From NCBI GenBank assembly GCA_040758355.1, contig JBFLWF010000003.1:1-64000 (forward strand): 64,000 nucleotides of DNA, read 5' to 3'. Both the position numbers and the translations under genes were made by a program. Below are positions 10,755 through 21,373 of this stretch, one piece after another (position 1 is the first letter of the stretch; each line of letters begins with the position of its first letter). A model generated the notes under the pieces. It made no database searches. It was not told the origin of the DNA and worked only from the letters and a program-made list of their open reading frames with translations. This stretch comes from Nitrospirota bacterium (lineage in GTDB: Bacteria > Nitrospirota > Thermodesulfovibrionia > Thermodesulfovibrionales > Dissulfurispiraceae).

Positions 10755-11840
10755 ATGAAGATTTTTTTAGTGGCAGGTGCAAGGCCAAATTTTATGAAAA
10801 TTGCCCCCCTTATACATGAGTTGAAGCGAAATGGAAAAGAAGATGCTTGGAAACTTATTCATACCGGACAACATTATGATTATGAGATGTCAAAAGCATT
10901 TTTTGACGACTTGGACATACCAGAGCCAGACCATTTTTTGAATGTAGGGTCAGGCACCCATGCTGAACAAACTGCTAAGGTAATGATCGAATTCGAAAAA
11001 GTATGCATGAAAGAGAAGCCTGATATTATTATTGTGGTTGGTGACGTTAATTCTACACTTGCATGTTCAATTACTGCAAAAAAATTACATATAAAGGTTG
11101 CCCATGTGGAGGCAGGTTTAAGAAGCAGAGATATGTCTATGCCTGAAGAGATAAATAGAATTATAACTGACTCTATTTCTGATTATCTGTTTGTAACAGA
11201 AGAAAGTGCAGTTGAAAATCTAAGGAAGGAAGGCAAAAGAGATAAACAAATATTTTTTGTTGGTAACATTATGATAGATACGCTTTATTACAGTCTGGAA
11301 AAATTGAAAAAAATCAAACCAAAGACGTGCGCAGAAGGAAGAAACGATTTCAGTTATGCCGTTGTTACGTTACATAGGCCATCCAATGTGGATGATGAGG
11401 TGAAGTTAAAGGACATTCTTAATGCTTTATCTGTAATTTCTTCAGAATTAAAAATCTATTTTCCCATGCACCCAAGGACAAGAAAAAATATAGATAAATT
11501 TAAGCTGAATAATTTGCTTGAAAATATAACAGTCGTACCACCCATGCCATATTTGGAATTTCTTACTTTATGGAAGGATGCCGCATTAGTTTTAACCGAC
11601 AGCGGCGGCATACAGGAAGAGACAACAGCCCTTGGGATTCCCTGCTTCACCATACGGAACAATACCGAAAGACCTATTACCATTGAAGAGGGGACTAATA
11701 CCCTTGTTGGCACGACTATAGAAGGAATACTGAACGCATACAAAGAGTTTAAAAGCGGTATTAAAAAGGAATGGAAAATTCCTCCTTTATGGGATGGAAA
11801 AACAGCGCAAAGAATTATAAAGCTATTGCTGAATAAGTGA
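10755..11840 (+). CDS. wecB: UDP-N-acetylglucosamine 2-epimerase (non-hydrolysing)
   Basis: GARPNFMK, HTGQHYD, HVEAGLRS, PEEINR, DSGGIQEE. Confidence 0.93.
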   Translation: MKIFLVAGARPNFMKIAPLIHELKRNGKEDAWKLIHTGQHYDYEMSKAFFDDLDIPEPDHFLNVGSGTHAEQTAKVMIEFEKVCMKEKPDIIIVVGDVNSTLACSITAKKLHIKVAHVEAGLRSRDMSMPEEINRIITDSISDYLFVTEESAVENLRKEGKRDKQIFFVGNIMIDTLYYSLEKLKKIKPKTCAEGRNDFSYAVVTLHRPSNVDDEVKLKDILNALSVISSELKIYFPMHPRTRKNIDKFKLNNLLENITVVPPMPYLEFLTLWKDAALVLTDSGGIQEETTALGIPCFTIRNNTERPITIEEGTNTLVGTTIEGILNAYKEFKSGIKKEWKIPPLWDGKTAQRIIKLLLNK

Positions 11841-13018
11841 AGATACTGATCATTTCATTTTATTATAAACCCGACTTAAGTGCTGGTTCTTTTAGGACGG
11901 CCTCTTTTGTGAAAGCATTAAAGAAACAATTATCATATGCTGATACCATAGAGATAGTGACGACCATGCCTAACAGATATAGTTCGTTTAAGGTTGAGGC
12001 CGAAGAATTTGAGACAAGCGGTAATGTGAGCACAAAGAGAATAATAATTCTGTCCCATAAAAGTGGCTTTCTCGATCAGGCAAGGTCTTTTATGGTTTAT
12101 TTTATTGAAACGATCAAATATGTAAGGTCTAAAAATTATGATGCTGTGTTTGCTACGTCTAGCCGATTGTTTAGTGCCTTCCTCGGAGCAATAATTTCCA
12201 GGCAGAAGGGCATTCCTTTATATTTGGACATTCGGGATATTTTTGTCGATACAATGAGGTCACTCTTTACGGGGACAAAACAAAAGTTTTTAATTCCTCT
12301 CTTGATTTTCATCGAAAAATATACGATGCTCAGTGCTTATAAAATAAATTTAATTTCGGAGGGATTTCTTCCTTACTTTAAAGAAAAATATCAAATAGAG
12401 TATTCATTCTTTCCTAATGGTGTAGATGATGATTTTTTAATTTTTAGCGCTGATGATGCCAGAAAGGCATTTGGGGATAAAGTGGTATTTACTTATACAG
12501 GAAATATAGGCGAGGGGCAGGGATTGGAAAGAATTGTTCCCCAAATTGCGCAAAAATATAAAAATATAGAATTTCATATCATAGGAGATGGTGGCAGGAA
12601 ACGTATTTTGCGAGAATGTACAGAACATTTATGGAATGTACGATTGTTTGATCCGGTAAACAGGAAGGACTTAATTGCCCTTTATAAGCAGAGCGATGTT
12701 CTTTTTTTACAATTGAATGACTATGACGCTTTTAAAAAAGTTTTGCCATCGAAAATATTCGAATATGCGGCTACATATAAGCCAATTATTGCAGGCGTTG
12801 ATGGTTATGCAAAAGAGTTCTTGAAAAAGTATTTACCCGACGTGTTGATTTATAACCCATGTGATTTTGATGACTTTTGTAGAAAATACGATTGTTTTAC
12901 AGGCACGATTGACATAGAAAAAAGAAAAGAATTTATTGCTAAATTTTTAAGACAAAAAATTATGGACGAGATGGCAAGAGATTTTTTAGATTCTATGGAT
13001 AGATACCGTAGAAGTTAA
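11837..13018 (+). CDS. Glycosyltransferase family 4 (WbuB-like)
   Basis: LDIRDIF, PNGVD, GNIGEGQGL, LPSKIFEY. Confidence 0.85.
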   Translation: MKILIISFYYKPDLSAGSFRTASFVKALKKQLSYADTIEIVTTMPNRYSSFKVEAEEFETSGNVSTKRIIILSHKSGFLDQARSFMVYFIETIKYVRSKNYDAVFATSSRLFSAFLGAIISRQKGIPLYLDIRDIFVDTMRSLFTGTKQKFLIPLLIFIEKYTMLSAYKINLISEGFLPYFKEKYQIEYSFFPNGVDDDFLIFSADDARKAFGDKVVFTYTGNIGEGQGLERIVPQIAQKYKNIEFHIIGDGGRKRILRECTEHLWNVRLFDPVNRKDLIALYKQSDVLFLQLNDYDAFKKVLPSKIFEYAATYKPIIAGVDGYAKEFLKKYLPDVLIYNPCDFDDFCRKYDCFTGTIDIEKRKEFIAKFLRQKIMDEMARDFLDSMDRYRRS

Positions 13019-13027
13019 TAAAAAAAG

Positions 13028-13978
13028 ATGAGAATTCTTATTACTGGTGCTAATGGCTTTGTTGGACGTGCCTTATGTGAAAAGTTGGTGTCCAATGGCT
13101 GGTTGGTTAGGGGGACGGTCAGATCACCAAAAGATGCGAACAGCCTGCCATCAGGATGTGAAGCTGCACACATCGACTCTACAGGTTCAAAAACTGATTG
13201 GACAGGGGTGTTGGAGGATGTAGATATTGTTGTCCACCTCGCTGCGCGGGCACATGTAATGACCGAAACTCATGAAAACTCACTCTATGAGTTTAGAAGA
13301 ATTAATACAGAAGGCACAAAACGGCTGGCGCAAATGTCAGCGGATGCAGGAATAAAACGCCTTATTTTTATAAGTTCCATCAAGGTGAATGGTGAGGGTA
13401 CAGACACACCTTATACTGAACAGGACAAGCCATCCCTAGGTGGTCCATATGCTATAAGTAAATGGGAGGCTGAGCAGGCTTTGCGAAAGATTTCCTCGGA
13501 TACCGGGCTTGAGATTGTCATTATAAGGCCGCCACTTGTCTATGGCCCAGGAGTAAAAGCCAACTTCTTGCGTCTGCTCCAATTGGTGGAGCGTGGCATC
13601 CCTTTGCCGCTGAAAAGTATTAATAACAGACGCAGTTTTATCTATCTATGGAATCTGGTAGATGCAATCGTAATTTGTACCAGTCATCCAAAAGCAGCCG
13701 GGCAGACATATCTGGTAAGCGATGGCGAGGATATCTCTACTGCAGACCTATTTCGGCGTTTAGCTCAAGCTATGGGCGCGCCTGCCCGTCTGATTCCTTT
13801 CCCTTCTGTCTTATTACGCCTTGCAGGAAAAATGACCGGAAGATCTGCGGAATTGGAGCGACTACTTGGCTCCCTGAGGATTGATAACTCAAAAATCCGA
13901 AATGAGCTGGGTTGGACTCCTCCATATACAATACAACAGGGACTTAAAGAAACCATAGATTGGTATTTAAGCAGGTAA
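13028..13978 (+). CDS. NAD-dependent epimerase/dehydratase (WbpV-like)
   Basis: TGANGFVG, YAISK, RPPLVYGPGVKAN. Confidence 0.9.
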   Translation: MRILITGANGFVGRALCEKLVSNGWLVRGTVRSPKDANSLPSGCEAAHIDSTGSKTDWTGVLEDVDIVVHLAARAHVMTETHENSLYEFRRINTEGTKRLAQMSADAGIKRLIFISSIKVNGEGTDTPYTEQDKPSLGGPYAISKWEAEQALRKISSDTGLEIVIIRPPLVYGPGVKANFLRLLQLVERGIPLPLKSINNRRSFIYLWNLVDAIVICTSHPKAAGQTYLVSDGEDISTADLFRRLAQAMGAPARLIPFPSVLLRLAGKMTGRSAELERLLGSLRIDNSKIRNELGWTPPYTIQQGLKETIDWYLSR

Positions 13979-14539
13979 ATGAAACGTGTATTTGATTTTA
14001 CAATGGCGTCTTTGCTGTTGATTATCTTATTTATTCCTATGCTGTTTATTGCCCTGCTGGTGAAGCTTACTTCAAAAGGGCCGGTATTGTATTGGTCTGA
14101 CAGAGTGGGGAGAAACAATATTATTTTCAAGATGCCAAAGTTTCGCACCATGCTGATTGATACCCCTGCGGTAGCGACCCATTTGCTGTCCAACCCGGAC
14201 AAATATCTGACACCCATTGGGAAGTTTCTGCGAAAATCCAGCTTTGACGAGTTGCCTCAGCTTATCAGCGTCTTAAAAAGCGATATGAGTTTTGTGGGGC
14301 CAAGACCGGCACTTTTTAATCAGGATGACCTTGTTGAGTTAAGAACTCAAAAGGGTATTCATGTTCTAACCCCCGGACTCACAGGCTGGGCACAGATAAA
14401 TGGCAGGGATGAACTCCCCATTCCGGTCAAAGTACAATTTGACGAATACTATATGAAGCATCAGTCTTTCCTGCTCGATCTTAAAATTTTGTGGATGACA
14501 CTTTTTAAGGTACTTAAAAAAGAGGGTATTAATCATTAA
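13979..14539 (+). CDS. Undecaprenyl-phosphate sugar phosphotransferase (small monotopic PGT)
   Basis: KRVFD, KFRTM, LRKSSFDELPQL, SFVGPRP, PGLTGWAQING. Confidence 0.92.
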   Translation: MKRVFDFTMASLLLIILFIPMLFIALLVKLTSKGPVLYWSDRVGRNNIIFKMPKFRTMLIDTPAVATHLLSNPDKYLTPIGKFLRKSSFDELPQLISVLKSDMSFVGPRPALFNQDDLVELRTQKGIHVLTPGLTGWAQINGRDELPIPVKVQFDEYYMKHQSFLLDLKILWMTLFKVLKKEGINH

Positions 14540-16508
14540 GCACACGAGAAACCAAACACAAACTAACGGGTTTTTACAAAGGATTCTAACACCTACCTAT
14601 TTAAAAAGATTTATTTTCTTTTTCTTCTGTGATATTCTTATAATCACTCTCTCCCTCTTCTTTTCCTTTTCCCTTCGGTTTGAATTCAGACTCCCTTTTG
14701 AATACAAAAGGATGTTTTTAGCTGCACTGCCCTATTTTATCTTAATCAAGCTAATTTCTTTCTCTGGATTCAGGATGTATAGGATTACTTGGAGGTATGT
14801 GGGTATTAACGATCTTTGCAATATAGTCAATGCAATTGTAGTAGCGAATTCTGTTCTTTTGGTTCTGATATGGATTCCTTTCCCTCCAGCAATACAATTT
14901 TTGTCATTACCCGGACTCAGCGGTTTTCCAAGGAGTATTTTCCTAATAGATGGCTTTATCTCTTTAATTTTACTATCCGGTATAAGGATATCAAAAAGAT
15001 TATACTTAGAGGTTATTGCCAAGAAGAGATATGGGAAACAGGGCAAAAAGACTATCATCATAGGCGCTGGCAATACAGGAGAGATGATAATGAGGGACAT
15101 GGCAAGACAGGGCTTTTCTGATTTCTATCCTATTGGATTCCTCGACGATGATAAAACCCGGATAGGAACTTATATACACGGCATCAAGGTGATAGGCACA
15201 ACTAATAAAATAAGAGGTGCTATAAGAAAATATAATGCAGAGGCGGTTATTATTGCCATTCCTTCTTTGGATCACAAGACCATCAGGAATATTTATAATG
15301 CAGCAAAGGATTCTAAGATAGACACCATTAAGATCGTTCCCAAGATTTATGACTTTCACAAACTTGATATAAATCTGAAAAGTCTTGAAGAGATACGCAT
15401 TGAAGACCTTATAGGCAGGCAGGCGGTAAAGGTTAATTATGAGGAAATAGAAGGGTTTTTAAAGGATAAAATTATTCTTATTACGGGAGCGGGTGGCTCT
15501 ATAGGTTCTGAGATTACAATGCAGGTATGTGCTTTTCATCCCGGGAAAGTGATCCTCTTTGACATCGATGAGACAGCCCTACATAATATGTCTCTGAAAT
15601 TGGGCAGATCCTTTCCATACTCAAAAGATAAGATATTTTTCATAACCGGGGATATAAGAGATGAGGGTAGGATTGAAGAAGTTTTCAAAACATTTTCCCC
15701 TCAAATTGTATTTCATGCGGCTGCTTACAAACATGTGCCAATGATGGAATATAATCCAAAAGAGGCAGTTAAGGTGAATATGTTTGGCACATATCTGCTT
15801 GCAAAGGCATCAGTGGATTACGGCGTAGAAAAGTTTATCATGATATCTACAGATAAGGCGGTAAGTCCAACCAGTGTTATGGGTGCAACAAAGAGGATGG
15901 CAGAGCATATTTGTAAGGCATTTAACAATGCCGGCAACCAGCAGTTAGCAGTCAGCAATCAGGACGGGAGAATAGAGTTTGTATCAGTAAGGTTCGGTAA
16001 TGTGCTTGGAAGCCGGGGAAGCGTTTTACCGCTATTCCTTGAACAATTAAGATATGGAGGTCCCCTTACCATAACACACAGGGATATGCAGAGGTATTTC
16101 ATGACTATACCAGAAGCAGTATCCCTTGTACTACAGGCATCCGTTATAGGAAAGGGTGAAGAGGTTTTAGTCCTTGATATGGGAGAGCCGATAAAGATTG
16201 TTGAACTGGCAGAAGAATTAATAAGAATCCATGGCCTTGAGCCATACAGGGATGTGGATTTAGAATTCATCGGCCTGAGACCAGGGGAAAAATTATTTGA
16301 AGAAATACTTACAGCAGCGGAGGGGACTGTTGCCAGCAAACATAAAAAGGTGTTTGTAGCAAAAAACAGTGAAAAATACTCCTTAGACGATATAACAACT
16401 ATACTGGATAAATTTGGTGCAGCGCTGAAAGAAAAGTCTTCGGACGGAGATAAGCAGATTCGTCATTTGCTTAAAAAATATGTGAGACATTTTGACGGAA
16501 ATGCATAA
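14535..16508 (+). CDS. Membrane-anchored nucleoside-diphosphate sugar 4,6-dehydratase (CapD/PglF/WbpM family); start uncertain (ATT 14535 proposed, first ATG 14712)
   Basis: GAGGSIGSE, FHAAAYKHVP, STDKAV, MGATK, RFGNVLGSRGSV. The frame stays open upstream of 14712 and encodes a TM helix. Confidence 0.88.
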   Translation: MKHTRNQTQTNGFLQRILTPTYLKRFIFFFFCDILIITLSLFFSFSLRFEFRLPFEYKRMFLAALPYFILIKLISFSGFRMYRITWRYVGINDLCNIVNAIVVANSVLLVLIWIPFPPAIQFLSLPGLSGFPRSIFLIDGFISLILLSGIRISKRLYLEVIAKKRYGKQGKKTIIIGAGNTGEMIMRDMARQGFSDFYPIGFLDDDKTRIGTYIHGIKVIGTTNKIRGAIRKYNAEAVIIAIPSLDHKTIRNIYNAAKDSKIDTIKIVPKIYDFHKLDINLKSLEEIRIEDLIGRQAVKVNYEEIEGFLKDKIILITGAGGSIGSEITMQVCAFHPGKVILFDIDETALHNMSLKLGRSFPYSKDKIFFITGDIRDEGRIEEVFKTFSPQIVFHAAAYKHVPMMEYNPKEAVKVNMFGTYLLAKASVDYGVEKFIMISTDKAVSPTSVMGATKRMAEHICKAFNNAGNQQLAVSNQDGRIEFVSVRFGNVLGSRGSVLPLFLEQLRYGGPLTITHRDMQRYFMTIPEAVSLVLQASVIGKGEEVLVLDMGEPIKIVELAEELIRIHGLEPYRDVDLEFIGLRPGEKLFEEILTAAEGTVASKHKKVFVAKNSEKYSLDDITTILDKFGAALKEKSSDGDKQIRHLLKKYVRHFDGNA

Positions 16509-16552
16509 ACGTTTTAACATATAAAGACATAAAATAAAGGGGGGTTAAGCAT

Positions 16553-17434
16553 ATGAAAGGAATAATATTGGCAGGTGGAAGCGGCACAAGACTTTATCCA
16601 GTAACATTATCAACGTGCAAACAACTTTTACCTGTTTATGATAAACCAATGATTTATTATCCTCTATCAATACTCATGCTTGCAGGCATAAAGGAAATAT
16701 TAATAATTTCAACACCGCAGGACCTGCCCAGATTTCAAAATGTACTCGGTGATGGTTCTTATATAGGTCTAAATTTTCTCTATAAAGAACAATTGCATCC
16801 AAACGGGTTGGCAGAAGCATTTATTTTAGGAGAAGAATTTATAGGCGATGACAATGTATGTCTTATATTGGGGGATAATATTTTCTACGGCCATGGTCTG
16901 ACGGATTTGCTGAAAAAAACCACTAATGATATAACAAGGAATGGAGGTGCTATAATATTTGGTTATTATGTCAATGACCCTGAAAGATTTGGAGTAGTCG
17001 AATTTGATCAAGATGGAAACGTTATTTCATTAGAAGAAAAACCCGAAAAACCAAAATCTAGTTACGCAATAACTGGTCTTTACTTTTATAATAATGATGT
17101 CATTGGTATTGCTAAAAAAATAAAACCTTCAAGCAGAGGCGAATTAGAGATAACAGATATAAATAAAGAATATATAAAAAAAGGGAAATTGAGAGTTGAA
17201 ATTTTTGGAAGAGGCTATGCATGGCTTGATACGGGTACCCACGAGAGTCTTCTCGATGCAGGACAATTTATATCAACCATAGAAAAGAGACAGGGATTAA
17301 AGATTGCATGCATAGAAGAAATTGCATACATGTTAGGGTATATTGATAAAGAAAAGATTTTAAAGTGCGCAGAAATTTTTAAGAATAATGAATATGGACA
17401 ATACTTGAGAAAGATAGTAAATAATAAAGAATAA
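16553..17434 (+). CDS. rfbA: Glucose-1-phosphate thymidylyltransferase
   Basis: [45 protein letters not shown]. Confidence 0.96.
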   Translation: MKGIILAGGSGTRLYPVTLSTCKQLLPVYDKPMIYYPLSILMLAGIKEILIISTPQDLPRFQNVLGDGSYIGLNFLYKEQLHPNGLAEAFILGEEFIGDDNVCLILGDNIFYGHGLTDLLKKTTNDITRNGGAIIFGYYVNDPERFGVVEFDQDGNVISLEEKPEKPKSSYAITGLYFYNNDVIGIAKKIKPSSRGELEITDINKEYIKKGKLRVEIFGRGYAWLDTGTHESLLDAGQFISTIEKRQGLKIACIEEIAYMLGYIDKEKILKCAEIFKNNEYGQYLRKIVNNKE

Positions 17435-17456
17435 AGTTATTATCGGTGGAAAATAC

Positions 17457-18473
17457 ATGAAAAGACTTCTGGTTACTGGCGGAGCTGGTTTTATAGGGAG
17501 TGAATTTGTGCGACAAGGCATAAAAAAGGGCTATGAAATAATCGTAGTTGATAAGCTTACTTATGCAGGCGATATGGAAAGGATTAAAGAGGTCAAACAA
17601 AGAGTTATTTGCTATAAAGCAGATATTTTGAATAAAAATTTTATGCATCATATTTTTAGAACAGAAAAACCCGACGCCGTTGTCCACTGGGCAGCTGAAA
17701 GTCATGTGGATAGAAGTATTTTTGATGCATCTCCTTTTCTGGAAACCAATATAAGAGGTACTTACAATTTATTGGAAATGTCAAGGGAATACAAAATTAA
17801 AAAATTTCTAAATATATCTACAGACGAAGTTTATGGAGAGCTCAGCGAGGAAGGATGTTTTGATGAAACAATGCCATTTAATCCAAGTTCTCCATATTCT
17901 GTAAGCAAAGCCTCTGCTGACATGCTTGGAAGAGCATATCATAAGACATTCGGACTTCCGGTTATAACTATACGGCCTTCTAACAATTATGGGCCATGGC
18001 AATATCCAGAGAAACTTATTCCTATGGTAATTTTAAGAGCTATGAATAATGAAAAGATATATGTATATGGAACAGGAGAAAATGTTAGAGAATGGCTATT
18101 TGTATCTGATTGCGTTAGCGCAGTTTTTTCTATACTGGAACAAAGCTCTATAGGTGAGATTTATAATGTTGGCAGCGGAGATGAGAAAAAGAATATAGAT
18201 GTAGTTAAAAATATATTACAAATCATGGGAAAACCTGAAAGTTTGATAGAGTTTACAAATGACAGGTTAGGACATGATTACCGTTATTCCTTAAATTCGA
18301 AAAAAATAAGAATGCAGCTTAAATGGGAGAAGAACATCTATTTTGAGGATGGAATAGAAAATACCGTAAACTGGTATATTGATAATATTGAATGGGTTAA
18401 AAGCAAACTTGAATATCTTTACAAATACTGGGAAACAACATACAACATTGGCAATTCATGCAAAGAAACGTAG
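17457..18473 (+). CDS. rfbB: dTDP-glucose 4,6-dehydratase
   Basis: TGGAGFIG, DKLTYAG, AESHVDRS, STDEVYG, YSVSK. Confidence 0.95.
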   Translation: MKRLLVTGGAGFIGSEFVRQGIKKGYEIIVVDKLTYAGDMERIKEVKQRVICYKADILNKNFMHHIFRTEKPDAVVHWAAESHVDRSIFDASPFLETNIRGTYNLLEMSREYKIKKFLNISTDEVYGELSEEGCFDETMPFNPSSPYSVSKASADMLGRAYHKTFGLPVITIRPSNNYGPWQYPEKLIPMVILRAMNNEKIYVYGTGENVREWLFVSDCVSAVFSILEQSSIGEIYNVGSGDEKKNIDVVKNILQIMGKPESLIEFTNDRLGHDYRYSLNSKKIRMQLKWEKNIYFEDGIENTVNWYIDNIEWVKSKLEYLYKYWETTYNIGNSCKET

Positions 18474-18539
18474 CAGCTTGATTTGAAGGTGTTTTGTTTG
18501 TGATAATAAAAAATATATGATTTTTTCTTTGGATAGCTT

Positions 18540-19829
18540 ATGAAGCGTTATTACATAGAGACCTTTGGTTGCCAGATGAATGTGCATGACTCAGAAAAGA
18601 TGGCCGGGATTTTGAAGTCAGAAGGCTATACTGCGGTTGGCAGCGCAAAGGATGCGGACATCTTAATATTTAATACCTGCAGCATAAGGCAAAAGGCAGA
18701 GCAGAAATTCTTTAGCGAACTTGGCAGAACAAAAGCACTAAAAAAGAGAAGGCCTGATCTAAAAATAGCAGTAGCTGGCTGTATTGCCCAGCAGGAGGGC
18801 ATAAAAATCATTGAGAGGGCGCCACATGTGGACTATGTTGTCGGTCCACAAAATATTAATGTGTTAAAGGATATTGTAGATTCCAGATCCGACCATGTTT
18901 TTACCGATGACAACCCAGCTATAACCGAAATAGAGCTTCCTGTTGAACGAAAGGACAATGTACGGGCATGGGTGAATATAATGTATGGCTGCAATAATTT
19001 CTGCAGTTACTGTATAGTGCCTTATACAAGGGGTAGGGAGAGGAGTAGGGCAAGCCAGAGTATAATAAGCGAAATAAAAGATTTGGCTGAGAAGGGCTAT
19101 AAGGAAGTTACGCTCCTTGGACAGAATGTCAATTCGTATAAAAGCAATGTGAACTTTCCGGGACTTCTTAGAGAAATCAATAAGATAAATGAAATAAAGA
19201 GGATTCGTTTCGTAACATCCCATCCGAAGGATATTTCAGATAAACTAATATATGCTATAAGGGATTTAGATAAGGTCTGCGAGCATATGCATCTTCCTCT
19301 TCAGTCGGGATCTTCAAAGGTCCTTGCCTTGATGAACAGAAAATATACATATGATGATTATATGAAAAAGGTTGAACAACTCAAAAGAGAAATACCTGAA
19401 ATAGCAATAACATCAGATATTATTGCAGGTTTTCCTCAAGAGACAGATGAAGACCACAACGACACTATTAAGGCTCTAAAAGAGGTAGAGTTTGACAGTA
19501 TATTTGCATTTAAATTTTCACCAAGGCCAGGGACAAAGGCCTCAACTATGGATGGTCAGCTTCCTGATGATATTAAGTCCGGCAGGCTCTCAGAAATCCT
19601 TGAATTGCAGAATACGATAACAGAGAGGAAAAACAAGGAGTTAAAAGGGACAATTCAAGAGGTTCTTATAGAAGGAGCGGCCGAGAAAACTTCCAATAAA
19701 TTCACTGGCAGAACAAGGACAAACAAAGGAGTACACATACCTTTGAAAGATAATATAAAACCTGGCGATATGATTACGGTCAAAATCACGAGACCACTCA
19801 GGCATTCCCTCGAAGGAGATATTATTTAA
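18540..19829 (+). CDS. miaB: tRNA i6A37 methylthiotransferase
   Basis: TFGCQMNVHDSE, NTCSIR, GCNNFCSYCIVPYTRGRERSR, C-terminal TRAM. Confidence 0.95.
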   Translation: MKRYYIETFGCQMNVHDSEKMAGILKSEGYTAVGSAKDADILIFNTCSIRQKAEQKFFSELGRTKALKKRRPDLKIAVAGCIAQQEGIKIIERAPHVDYVVGPQNINVLKDIVDSRSDHVFTDDNPAITEIELPVERKDNVRAWVNIMYGCNNFCSYCIVPYTRGRERSRASQSIISEIKDLAEKGYKEVTLLGQNVNSYKSNVNFPGLLREINKINEIKRIRFVTSHPKDISDKLIYAIRDLDKVCEHMHLPLQSGSSKVLALMNRKYTYDDYMKKVEQLKREIPEIAITSDIIAGFPQETDEDHNDTIKALKEVEFDSIFAFKFSPRPGTKASTMDGQLPDDIKSGRLSEILELQNTITERKNKELKGTIQEVLIEGAAEKTSNKFTGRTRTNKGVHIPLKDNIKPGDMITVKITRPLRHSLEGDII

Positions 19830-19836
19830 ACTTCGC

Positions 19837-21084
19837 ATGAAGATAACAGTTTTAACCCTTGGATGTAAAACAAACCAGGCAGAAAGTATGCGCATGGAGC
19901 ATGCCTTAAATAAGGCAGGACATCGGATAGTGGACATTTCAGGAGAGCCCGACTTATGCATCATTAATACCTGCACAGTAACATCCAAGGCGGATTATCA
20001 GTCAAGACAAATAATTAATAAAGCACTAAAGAATAACACAAAAAAGGTCATAGTCACAGGATGTTATGCTGAATTAAATAAAGAGCAACTTGAAAATATG
20101 GGTTGTGATATTGAAGTAATCATAAATAGCAATAAAGACAACATTATCAATATGATTCCTAATGGATTTTTTAGTAACAATACAAGCCTTAATATGCATG
20201 CACGCCACAGACCTATAGTTAAGGTGCAGGACGGTTGTAATCATTCATGCAGTTATTGTGCCATTCCTATGGCAAGGGGAAGATCGAGGAGTGTTGCAGT
20301 TGATGATGTAATAAATGAAATCAAATCGTATGGGTCACTGGGATACAAAGAAATTGTCATTACCGGCATTCACCTTGGGACATATGGTTGTGATTTAAAA
20401 CCTAAGAAGACACTTTCATTTCTATTGCATAACATACTAAAAAATACAAATATTCCAAGAGTAAGACTTAGCTCTCTTGAAGTTAAAGAGATAGATGATG
20501 AGCTTATCCAATTGCTTAAGGAAGATCGGGTGTGCAAGCATCTTCATATGCCGCTTCAGAGCGGGGATGATAATATTTTGAAACTTATGAACAGGACATA
20601 TTCGGTTGAAGATTTCCTTTCAGGGGTGGAAAAAATATTTAAAAGAGTTCCTGACATAGCCCTTGGGACAGATGTGATAGTCGGGTTTCCAGGAGAGGGA
20701 GAGGTCGAATTTAACAATACCAAGCAACTTATTGAATCTATTCCTTTTTCTTATTTACATGTATTTCCTTATTCACAGAGACCGGGAACAAAGGCTGTAA
20801 AATTGCCAGGGCATATTGCGGGATCAATAAAAAAAGAACGTGTATCTATCCTGAGGGAGATGGGAATGATTAAAAAACGGGATTTCATCAGTAAGAACAT
20901 CGGCAAAACCCTTGATATTGTAGTAGAAGATCGGAGTCGTGATGGACTAATAGGTACGGCTGGAAATTATATAAAGGTTATATTAAGGGACAGTAGTGAT
21001 GCCGAAGCAGGAATGCTTGTTAATGCTCACATTTTGGAATATAGGGATGATATTGCAATAGGAAGCCTCGTAAAAAATTTATAA
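19837..21084 (+). CDS. mtaB: tRNA t6A37 methylthiotransferase
   Basis: TLGCKTNQAES, NTCTVT, KVQDGCNHSCSYC, LHVFPYS.RPGT. Confidence 0.92.
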   Translation: MKITVLTLGCKTNQAESMRMEHALNKAGHRIVDISGEPDLCIINTCTVTSKADYQSRQIINKALKNNTKKVIVTGCYAELNKEQLENMGCDIEVIINSNKDNIINMIPNGFFSNNTSLNMHARHRPIVKVQDGCNHSCSYCAIPMARGRSRSVAVDDVINEIKSYGSLGYKEIVITGIHLGTYGCDLKPKKTLSFLLHNILKNTNIPRVRLSSLEVKEIDDELIQLLKEDRVCKHLHMPLQSGDDNILKLMNRTYSVEDFLSGVEKIFKRVPDIALGTDVIVGFPGEGEVEFNNTKQLIESIPFSYLHVFPYSQRPGTKAVKLPGHIAGSIKKERVSILREMGMIKKRDFISKNIGKTLDIVVEDRSRDGLIGTAGNYIKVILRDSSDAEAGMLVNAHILEYRDDIAIGSLVKNL

Positions 21085-21373
21085 CCTCTTAATGAATAGA
21101 CTTTTTTTATGTGCCTATAAGTTGTACAGTTTCGATAAAAACCAACTATGGTGCATTTACCTAAAAATTACCCAACGTGTTTATAACAAGTTATCAACAA
21201 TGTGTGTTTATTATAAATGACTGATAAGATATATTATGTAAAGTTATATGGTCATTCACAGGGCCAACGTATTCCCCAAAAGATGTGGTTTTGTTGTCTA
21301 AGCTGAAGTCTTATTTGTTATTTATATAAGGTAAATGATATATTGAATATCAAATTCTTATGGAGGCTGTTTT

